Positions 1-12,000 of a stretch of DNA of 45,253 nt are shown here, piece by piece (positions within the stretch are counted from its first letter, which is position 1; each line of letters starts with the position of its first letter). The notes beneath the pieces were generated by a model, which saw nothing but the letters and a program-made list of their open reading frames with translations, searched no databases and was not told where the DNA came from. Source of the DNA: Candidatus Portnoybacteria bacterium RBG_13_40_8 (lineage in GTDB: Bacteria; Patescibacteriota; Minisyncoccia; RBG-13-40-8-A); NCBI GenBank assembly GCA_001819435.1, contig MHMT01000012.1, forward strand, positions 1 through 45,253, read 5' to 3'. The translations under genes were made by a program, and so were the position numbers.

Positions 1-2
1 TT

Positions 3-3000
3 GAAGTGGGAACCGGTCTGTTCTATGTTAATACCGGTTCTTCATCTGTGCAGTTCGGAGGAACAAGCACTACTTCTTTTGTTGGACCGGTATCTATTTC
101 TGAAGATTTGGATGTTGGTTCTGGCCAATTATTTGTTGATAATAGTTCGGGATTTGTGGGAATCGGCTCAGTCAGCTTAGCTGCTGACGCGATATTAACC
201 GTGAGGCAGCAAGCTGATAGTCAAGGAATAAAAATATTTGGGTATGATGATGGAGACACAAGGTATGGACACATGTATATGGATTCAAATAACGATTTTT
301 ACATTAGAACAGATACTACTAGCACCCATATAATATTTAGCGCAGGAGGTTCTAATACGCTTATGATGGACGGTGATGGCGATTTTCAAGTAGGACAAAG
401 CTCTTATATGGCCAGGTTGATTAATAGCCAATCAGGCGGCACCCCTGTATTTAGTTTTAGTTCCGATGAAGATACCGGGATAGGCCAGATGGGTCCTGCT
501 GTTGCTGACTTTGATGCGGATACTCTCTCTCTAAGGGGTGGCGGCATTGCATTAATGCAACTTGGTGAATACGGTAATCTTCCTTTTGTCGGCATCGGCA
601 CAGCCGCAACAACTTCTTACACTTTCGCAGTGGATGGCACTGCCTCAATCTCTGATGACTTTTATGTGGGAGACAATCTATTAACATTAGACGTCTCAGA
701 AGCATCAGTATCATCAACCGGTAAATGGAAACTGACCACAACCGAAACAACCGGAGAAGGATTTTATATTGACGCTTCGAGTGTAACTACGGGAAATGGA
801 TTGTTGATTGAGGTTGATGGGACGGCGATGACTTCGGGTAAGGCACTGCAAATTACAAGAGATGGTGCGTCTATGTTTAATATCGGTGAGTGGGGCGACA
901 TATATGCAGCTGGGCAATTCTCTGGAAGCTACCTAACGATGACAAGCACTACCGCTAGTTATTTTACGGGTCCTCTTGGCATCGGGACAACTACTCCTTC
1001 CACCGAACTATCAATTGTCGGTACCGCCTCAATCTCCGAAGATCTCTGGGCATCGGGGGCATTCCAGTTCGGGGGAGGAGAATTAGAGGCAACACAATCT
1101 TATTCACGATTAGGTGGTAATGATACAGGTCATGGATTAGATAATGCCTATGACCTTTTAATTTCCGGAATGTTGGAAGTAGATGGGATGACCTATTTTG
1201 ATGGCGGAACTACCTTCGGCTCGACTGCCTCTGTAACTTCTGACTTCTCGGTTGGTGATTCCTTATTCTACGTCAATGTAGGTACTCAATCATATCAGTT
1301 TGGTGGTACGGGAACAGCGAGTTTTGCCGGAGATATAGATATGGAGGGTGATTTGAATGTTGGAAATAACGATTTATACATAGACAGTAGCACTGGTTAT
1401 GTTGGTATCGGCACCGGAGCCAGTATGTCGGCCAAATTCAATGTTGCCGGAACATCAACCGATAATGCCTACTTCTTCTACAATAATGCTGATGTGGGAG
1501 ATACGACTAATGGGCAATCTTTGTATGTATATAGAAGGGCGGCAGAGGGGGATGAGTATTTAAGGATGTATGTGGATGATTCTGCAGAGGCGATAATTGA
1601 AACTTCAATGGCCAATCTTAAATTTAATACTGGTGGTGCTACGATCGAAAATTGGGGGCCTGTAAATATAGGAACAAATTGGTATGGTTCGGGTGTCAAT
1701 TATTTCATTACTCAATACGGTTATATTACCGCAGCTTCTACTCAAAAATATATCCAATGGCAAGTATCGGATACAACCGACACATTCAATTTAACCAGAC
1801 AAGATGACTATATAGTTGGTTTTAATATCGGAATGCCTACATCAATATCCGATAATTTGGATGTTGATGGTATTGTTTCTATTTCCGATGGGCTTTATGT
1901 GGATACATTTACTTCTATTTCTGATGATTTATCTGTAGCTTCTTCCGGCTACACGATTGGTGATGATTATGGCCCGACTCTGTATATTGATACCGTGAAT
2001 GATTATGTGGGAATCGGGACGACAGCACCAACAACTAAGCTTTATATTCGGGGAACAGATCCGGAAATTACTTTATATGAATCTGCAACCGGGGCAATAA
2101 TGTCAATACAACAGGGTCAAGCTTTTGGGATTGTCGGTCCTGAAAGTGCCAGCGACTTATCTTTGCAAACAGGGGGAGGAAGTAAGATTTATATTCAACA
2201 TTCTGGTAGTTATGTTGGCATCGGCACATATTATCCCTCTGTCGAACTTTCAATCCTTGGTACAGCCAGTATCTCTCAAGACCTCTGGGCATCAGGTGCA
2301 TTCCAATTCGGAGGAGGAGAAATAACAGCAACAGCATCATATAGTAGGTTAGGTTTAAATAATACAGGTCATGGCCTAGATAATGCCTATGACTTACTAA
2401 TATCGGGAATGTTAGAAGTTGATGGAATGACCTATTTTGATGGCGGAACTACTTTTGGTTCAACTGCTTCAATAACCGGAGATTTCTCGGTTGGTGATTC
2501 CTTATTCTACGTCAATGTCGGTACTCAATCATACCAATTCGGTGGAACGGGAACAGCGAGTTTTGTCGGCCCAGTGAATATCTCCCAAGACCTGAATGTG
2601 TCAGAAGGCGATTTGTTTGTTGATGATTCAACCGGCTACGTAGGAATCGGTACGACAAATCCACTTAAAAAATTAAGCGTATCGGGAAATATATCGGGTA
2701 CCCAATTCGACGATTACGAAGATTCCAGCTATTACATCAATCCAAGTGCTGGCGATGTATCAATACTAGTTGCCGGTAACGTAGGCATCGGAACAAAGTC
2801 ACCCGATTCTCTGCTTGATGTTGCCGGTCAGATTATTGCTAGTAGCTCATATTTTACTGGCTTGACTCAATTAACTCATGCTTCTGTGTCTGATGATTTA
2901 GAATTAATGGGGGTAGCAAGCATTAGCGCTTCATCTGTCTTATTTAGACCAGAAACAAATTCAACAACTTTCCTCCAGATGGCTTCCGCGGCCTTTGTTG

Positions 3001-6000
3001 CTGGGGATGATTATCCGATATTTAATGTTGATACTCAAAATGGGAGAGTGGGAATTGGGACGGCGGCACCTGACAGTAAATTAACAATAAGTGGAAGTGG
3101 TACCCAAAATCTAAGAATTATATCAACCGATTATAATGATGCGGGTGTAATTTTACAAAGAGGAACCTACGGCACCGATGCATATTCTGATTGGTTTATT
3201 TATGATAGCGGAGGAACTTTGAAACTCGATTCTTATCAGTCTAGTAGTCAGAATACCAGAATGACTATTTTGACTACCGGAGAAGTTGGTATTGGTGATA
3301 CTGCTCCTGGCTATACCCTCTCTGTTGACGGCACTGCCTCAATCTCCGACAACTTCTACTTCGGCAACGATATGTTATGGAGCAACAGAACCGGAGATTT
3401 GATGATGTCATCAAGCAGTTGGATATTCGGAGGAGATGAAACTACCAATTCATTTACATTTGAAGGTATAGCATCTTTATCCGGTTATCTGGATTTCGGC
3501 GCTCTTGCTACCCCGTCAACTGGATTAGCAGCAGGCAGAGTATTCCGTTATGAAGACGACAATTCCTTATGGTATTACAATGGTAGCGACTGGCTTGATT
3601 TAACTGAAACCGGAGCCGGAGCAACAGGCATACCCGGAGGATCAGGCAATGAATTTCAATATAGAATAAATGGCACTACCTTTGGCGGGGCAGCAAGTTT
3701 AGTCTACGGAGGGGCAACCAGCATTCTTTCTTCCGCGTCATGGGACATTTCCGGAACTAATTGGAATTTGGATGCCATCGCCTCAATCAGTGGGGGTTTA
3801 TATCTTAGTGATGCATATAATAATGTATTGATTGGCCCGAGTACTGTCGGCACTACTTCCACTGGTTCTTACAATATATTTATGGGTGATGCGGCTGGTA
3901 CATATGCGGATGAGGTTAGTTATGGCACTTTTATAGGACAAAATGCTGGTCAATCTGCTATTAATGCTGATTATTCTTTTTTTGCAGGATGGAATGCTGG
4001 GCAATATGCGTCAAATTCCTCTGATAGTTTTATGGTGGGGCGAACCGCTGGTCAATATGCTGAAGATTCCTATAATAGTATTTTCATTGGAAACTGGGCA
4101 GGTAGATATGCTTCACAATCTACTTATAGCGTTATGATTGGAGAACAGGTAGGTGATTATGCTGATGATGTTGATTATAGTGTTTTTCTGGGAACAAATA
4201 CCGGTCAATATGCTGGAAATTCTGATAATAGTATTTTCATTGGAAATTCCGCTGGCCAATATGCTTCGGAATCTGGGTACTCTGTTTTTACAGGAGTTTA
4301 CGCAGGCCAATATGCGGAAAATTCATATAACAGTATTTTTGCGGGAAACTGGGCAGGTAGATATGCTTCACAATCTATTTATAGCATTATGATTGGAGAA
4401 CAAGTGGGCGATTATGCTGATGATGTTGATAATGTTGTTTTTCTGGGAAGATTGGCCGGTCAATATGCTGCAGATGCTGATAATAGTATTTTTATGGGAC
4501 AAGAAGCAGGTCAACATGCTTCGGAATCTCAGTATTCTGTTTTTATGGGACGCGATGCTGGCCAATATGCCAAAGATTCTCAGTATAGTGTTTTTATTGG
4601 CGACTGGTCAGGTCAATACGCTTCAGGTTCTTCTTTTACCTTTATGAGTGGGCAATCCGCGGGTGCGGACGCTGCAGACGCTGACAATAGTATTTTTATG
4701 GGGCAAGACAGCGGTGCATATGCTGGATATTTAGATGAAAGTATTTTTATGGGACATCTGGCAGGAACATATGCATCAGAGTCCAGTTATAGTTATTTTA
4801 TTGGTGGTGCTGCAGGTCAATATGCTTCTATATCCAACAACAGCGTTATGGTTGGATATGGTGCTGGTCAATATTTTGGCACTGACAATTCAGCAGATGG
4901 TAGGGTTACTTTTATTGGTGATAATGCTGGTAATTCGGCCATAGATTCTGATTATAGCGTGATGATTGGACCCGGGGCAGGTCAATACGCGTCAGAATCA
5001 GGAGGTAGCGTTTTTATAGGATCGCAGACAGGCGATTATGCTCAAAATTCTGATGATAGTGTTTTCATCGGAGACTGGACAGGGAGATATGCTTCACTAT
5101 CCACTGAAACCGTGCTGGTAGGGCCCTATGCAGGTGATTATGCCGGAGATGTTGATTATGGTGTTTTTATGGGAACCGGCGCAGGCGGATATGCTATAAA
5201 TTCTGATAATAGTACTTTTGTGGGACCCTGGGCAGGTCAATCTGCCTCAGAATCCGTCAGTAGCGTTTTTATAGGAATAGGCGCTGGTCAATATGCTGAA
5301 GATTCTGATAATAGTGTTTTTATGGGGAACGGGACAGGGAGCTATGCCTCGCTATCCACCGGAACTACTATGATTGGGGGCGCCGCAGGTTATTATACCG
5401 GTGATGCTGATTATAATACCTATCTCGGCGGATATGCCGGTCAATACGCTGGCGAAGGCGATAATAACACATACATCGGCTATCAAGCAGGGGAAAATGC
5501 TTCCGGTTCTTCCAATGTATTTATAGGCTTTGATGCTGGTTCTGATGAAACCGGTTCCAACCTTTTGTATATCGAAAACTCTGCTGGCACAACCCCTCTA
5601 ATCTACGGCGACTTTACCAATAATTATGTTTCCATATCCAATGATTTATATACTGCCGGCAATTTATATACGAATGGTACCGCGAGTATTTCTGGGGCCT
5701 TGACCGTTGATGGTACAGCCACTTCTTCTTTTGCCGGCACCATTCATATATTTAAAGCGGAGTCAGGGATAGAGGCCAATGAATATTCAGATGATTTTAT
5801 CATAGAAGCTAATGGTGATGCCGGAATGTCTATTCTCACGCCTGATTCAAGTGCGGGTTTCATTAATTTCGGCAGTCCGGGTGGAGATGTTGGTGCATTT
5901 CTAGAGTACAGTTACAACAGCGATAATTTTGGCATAGGAACAAATGAGACGGGTGGAAGACTTATATTCTATACCGATTATTATATAGAGGCTATGCGCA

Positions 6001-9000
6001 TTGATGCTAATGGTGATGTGGGTATCGGCGACACTGACCCAACCTACAAACTCTCTGTCGACGGCACTGCCTCAATCTCCGACAACTTCTACTTTGGCAA
6101 TGACATGTTGTGGAGCAACAGAACAGGAGATTTGATGATGTCATCAAGTTCCTGGATATTCGGCGGAGATGCAACCACCAATTCATTTACATTTGAAGGT
6201 ATAGCATCTTTATCCGGTTATCTGGATTGGGGAGCAATAGCTACTCCATCAGCTTATGCAGGCAGAATGTTCTATTCAGAAGAAAACAACTCAATGTGGG
6301 TCTATAGCGGCGGCTGGCTTGAATGGGGAGGAGGTGGAGGTGGAGGCGCTGATTCTGACTGGACAATCAATGTAAACGATATGTATTCAGCTGTATCCGG
6401 TAATGTGGGAATAGGCGACAGTGTGCCGGATTACAAACTATCCGTTGACGGCACAGCCTCAATCAGCGGAGGTTTATATCTCAGCGATGCTTACTTTAAT
6501 ACACTCATCGGTCCCGCTGTTGGCACTACCTCTACCAATTCTTTCAATATATTTATGGGCGATTCACCTGGTCAGTATGCGGATAGCGTTGAGTATGCTA
6601 ATTTTATTGGATTTTATGCTGGTCAATACGGAATAAATTCCGATTACAGTGTTTTTATGGGATACTGGGCGGGGAGATATGCTTCGGATTCTTATTCTAG
6701 TGTTTTTATCGGTGACGCCCCTGGCGCCTATGCCGAGGATTCGGATTACAGTGTTTTTATCGGAACAGTAGCTGGTTTGTATGCTTCTTTATCTAGAGAA
6801 AGTATTTTCATCGGACCTGAAGCGGGCCGATACGCTGGCAACGCCGATTACAATGTCTATCTTGGGAGTGAGGCAGGCACGTATGCCGGAGAAGGAGATC
6901 AGAACGTATACCTTGGATACCAAGCAGGTCGGAATGCTTCGGGTAGTTATAATGTATTTCTTGGTAATCAAGCCGGCTTCAATGAAACCGGAAACGACAA
7001 GTTATATATCGAAAACTCTAGCGGTGCCACTCCTCTCATCTACGGCGACTTCTCGTCTAATTATGTTTCTATCTCAACTAATTTATTCACCGACAATTTC
7101 TATACATCATACGCCTCAATCAGCAGTTATGCTGAATTCGGCCAGGCAGCTACTCCTTCAGCACCAGCAACCGGTCAGTTATTCCATGATACCGACAACC
7201 TCTTATACTACTACGATGGTACTGCCTGGTTAAACTTAACCAGCACATCAGCAGGAGGAACAATAGATGGCATAGGAACAGAAAACTACATTACTCTCTG
7301 GGATGATAGTGATTCTTTGACTAATTCCATTCTTTTCCAAAGCGGAACTTCGGAAATATTGGTATCAGGCAGTGCCACGTTTGATGGCACGGCTTCATTT
7401 TCCGGTGACACTACCATCGGCAACAACCTTTTCTTCGCCGACATCAGTGAAGCCTCAATATCAGTAGCCGGAGCAATAGAGGCAACGGGAATGATTCTTG
7501 GCAATAATATTAAGACGGACACAGATCTCGCCAATCTTTATCTCGGCACAGGTATCGGTTCTACTACAACTTCTTCCTACAATATCTTTATTGGAGATTT
7601 TACCGGAGCAGAGGCGGACGGGGCCAGTGGTTCTACTTTTATAGGAAGGCAAGCTGGCCGATATGCGGTAAATACTGATACTGCTGTTTTTATCGGCGGC
7701 TATGCGGGTCAGTATGCTTCAGAATCTAATTATTCAACTTTTCTGGGTTATCAGGCAGGTCGATACGCCGAATTTTCTAATGGTTCTACTTTTGTGGGTC
7801 AGTATGCCGGTTATATTGCTTCGCAATCTCCAAACAGCAATCTTTTGGGAAATTATGCTGGCGCCGATGCTGACAATATTGATGAAGTAGTATTTAACGG
7901 GTATATGGCGGGTCGTTTTGCAGGAGACTCTGGCTATTCTACTTTTATAGGGTCTCATGCTGGCGAATATGCTTCGGATTCTATTGATGCTACTTTTATT
8001 GGCTATGCTGCGGGTCAATACGCCGAAGATTCGGATTGGGCTACCTTTGTTGGTTATAATGCTGGTCAATATGCCTCGTTGACTTTGGGAAGCGTAATGC
8101 TGGGTCCGGGCGCTGGCCAGTATGTTGGGAATGCTGATTATGATGTTTATCTCGGCGATTCAGCGGGTCGATATGCTGGCGAAGGAGTTAATAATGTATA
8201 TATTGGATATCGAGCAGGTGAATATGCTTCTGGCAGTGGCAATGTTTTCATCGGCTTTGATGCTGGTTCCGATGAAACCGGTTCCAACCTTTTATATATC
8301 GACAACAGCAATATAACAACTCCTCTCATCTATGGCGACTTCTCTTCCAATTACGTATCAATATCCAATGATTTATATACCGCCGGTAATTTATATATCA
8401 ATGGCACTGCCTCAATCTCTGACGACTTCTATGTCGGCAATGATTCTTTATTCTTTGATTTATCCGCCGATACTTTCTATTCCTCAAGTAGTTGGGGAAT
8501 TGGCGGTACCGGTCTGGCTTTTAATCTTGATGCCACAGCCTCAATTTCCGGCGACCTCACGGTAACTGGCGATGATGTACTATTCCAACCATATACCAAT
8601 GGAACCGATAGCTTTATTATCGCTTCTTCCGGCTGGGCGAGCGGTGATGATTACGGACCATTATTTAATGTAAATACAACCGCTGCCTCAATTTCCATGA
8701 ATGGAGATTTGGCGGTATTTAAAGATTTTAATGTTGCCTCTGGCGCTATTCAGCACGATTATTCAAGCGGCATAACCTATATTGATTCTTTAAATATGGG
8801 CGCCTTATCCTTTGATACTGATGCGGGAGTTGTCAGTTGGGTAGATATGCCAGTAGCCACCACCGCAGCCAGTATTATAGAAAGCTACACTGCCCAGTTG
8901 GACGGCAACCCGATGATTACGGTTTATGGTTTAACCGATGGTTCGGGTGGAGTGACAAGTTTGGGAGTCGGAATTGGCGATACTGCTCCTTCTTATATGT

Positions 9001-12000
9001 TATCTGTTGACGGCACTGCCTCAATCTCCGACAACTTCTATTTCGGTAATGATATGTTGTGGAGCAACAAAACAGGAGATTTGATGATGTCATCAAGTTC
9101 CTGGATATTCGGAGGAGATGCAACCACCAATTCATTTACATTTGAAGGCATAGCATCTTTATCCGGTTATCTGGATTTCGGCGCTCTCGCCACTCCCACA
9201 ACAGGATTAGCAGCAGGAAGAGTATTCCATTATGAAGATGATAATAGTTTATGGTATTACAATGGTAGCGACTGGCTTGATTTAACTGAAACCGGAGCCG
9301 GAGCAACAGGCATACCCGGAGGATCAGGCAATGAATTTCAATACCGGGTAGATGCTACCACCTTTGGCGGAGCAGCAAGTTTGGTCTACGGAAGCGCAAC
9401 CAGTATTCTTTCTTCCGCATCATGGGACATTTCCGGAACTAATTGGAATTTGGATGCTATCGCCTCAATCAGTGGGGGTCTATATCTTAGCGATGCTTAC
9501 TATAATACGCTGATCGGACCTGCTGATGTCGGCACTACCTCCACTGGTTCTTATAATATATTTATGGGTTATCGCGCTGGCCAGTATGCGGATGAAGTTG
9601 GCTCCGCAAATTTTATAGGGTATCAAGCTGGTCGATATGCTATCAATGCTGACAGTAGTGTTTTTATAGGCATTAACGCAGGTATGTATGCCTCTGACTC
9701 TGAGGATGGTGTTATTCTCGGGCAACAGGCAGGTATGTATGCAGAAGATTCTGATAAGTCTGTTTTTATTGGAAGTAATGCGGGTCAATATGCTTCATTG
9801 TCGCTTGACAGTGTCATGATAGGTGAAGAAGCAGGGCGTTATACTGGAAATGCCGATAATAATACTTATCTTGGAAGTTTTGCTGGCTTATACGCCGGCG
9901 AAGGAGATAATAATGTGTATGTTGGTTATGATGCGGGGATGAATGCTTCTGGTAGTGCCAATGTATTTTTAGGTTATCTAGCTGGTCGAGATGAAACCGG
10001 TTCCAATCTTTTATATATCGAAAACTACTACGATGGTACTGCCTGGTTAAACTTAACCAGCACATCAGCAGGAGGAACAATAGATGGCATAGGAACAGAA
10101 AACTACATTACTCTCTGGGATGATACTGATAGTTTGACTAATTCAATAATTTACCAAAGCGGAACTTCGGAAATACTTGTTTCCGGCAGTGCCACGTTTG
10201 ATGGTTATGCCTCTATTTCCGGAGACCTTACAGTCACTGGCGATGATGTATTATTCAGGCCGCTTGTCGATGGAGCTGATACGTTTACAATTTCGTCATC
10301 CGGATTTGTGGCTGGCGACGATTACGCAATATTCAGTGTTGACACGCAAAATATAGCAGTAGGAATCGGCACAACAGCGCCAAATGCTTTATTGCATTTA
10401 AAGTCCATAGCACCACAGATAATGTTCACTGATTCTGACGATGGGGGCGATGAGTTTACACAGTATCTTAATGGCGGCATACTTCTAGTTGGTTATAATA
10501 ATACCGATAGTGTATATAATATAGCAATAGGTTCCGATAATCTTGTTGGTATCAGAGATGTTACCCCTGATTATGGTTTGGAAGTCGTTGCCTCATCAGC
10601 TGATGGCTATTTGGCAGTTTCTTCTGACGATGACGAGGCAAAAAACGCCAACATATTCTTAATCGATGAAAACGGTTATGTGGGTATCGGCGACACCGAC
10701 CCCATCTATAAACTTTCCGTCGACGGCACTGCCTCGATCTCCGGAGGATTATATTTGAGCGATGCTTACTATAATACGCTTATCGGCCCTACTACGGTTG
10801 GCACTACTTCCACTGGTTCTTACGATATATTTATGGGTGATGCGGCTGGTCAGTATGCAGATAGCGTTGAGTATGCTAATTTTATCGGAGTCGAAGCTGG
10901 TCAATATGGAATAAATTCCGATTACAGTATTTTCATAGGAGGACTTGCTGGCAAATTTGCCTCAGATTCAAGACAGTCCATTTTTATCGGCGGGCAAGCC
11001 GTTGGTCTTTATGCTGAAAATTCCGATGACAGTATTATGATTGGTGGATACGGGGCTGGTATGTACGCTTCATTGTCTTCATATAGCCTAATGATTGGAA
11101 CTGATGCGGGCCAGTATGCCGGTAATGCTGACTACAATACTTATCTCGGAGCCCATTCTGGCCAATACGCCGGTGAAGGAGATAACAATGTATATCTAGG
11201 ATTTCAGGCAGGTCAAAATGCTTCCGGTTCTTCCAATGTATTCATAGGTTATGACGTAGGTTCAGATGAAACCGGTTCCAACCTTTTGTATATCGAAAAT
11301 TCTGCTGGCACCACCCCTCTCATCTACGGCGATTTCTCATCAAATTATGTTTCCATATCTTCAAGTTTATTCACCGACAATTTCTATACATCATACGCCT
11401 CAATCAGCAGTTATGCTGAATTCGGCCAGGCAGCTACTCCTTCAGCACCAGCAACCGGTCAGTTATTCCATGATACCGACAACCTCTTATACTACTACGA
11501 CGGTTCTGCCTGGCTAAACTTAGCCAGCACATCAGCAGGAGGAACAATCGATGGTACGGGAACAGAAAACTACATTACTCTCTGGGATGATAGTGATTCT
11601 TTGACTAATTCAATTCTTTACCAGAGCGGAACTTCGGAAATATTGGTATCAGGTAGTGCTACTTTTGATGGATTGGTATCCTTATCAGATGAATTTACCG
11701 TAGCTTCTGGTATGGATATCGGCGGAGGGGATTTGTATGTAGATGCGTATGATGGAAAAGTTGGAATTGGGACAATTGGTCCAATATCCAAATTAGAAGT
11801 TGAGAATGCTAACACGGGAGATAACCTGTATGGTCTTTATGTTGACCAGAATGAACCTGATGCATATGCAATTCACACTTATGCGGACGGAGGATGGGGT
11901 TTAAGAGTACAGAGTGCCCTTAATACTGGTACCTCGTATCTTTTAGATATAGAAAACAGCGATGGTTCAATACTCGCAGTTACGGCCGAAGGCAATGTTG

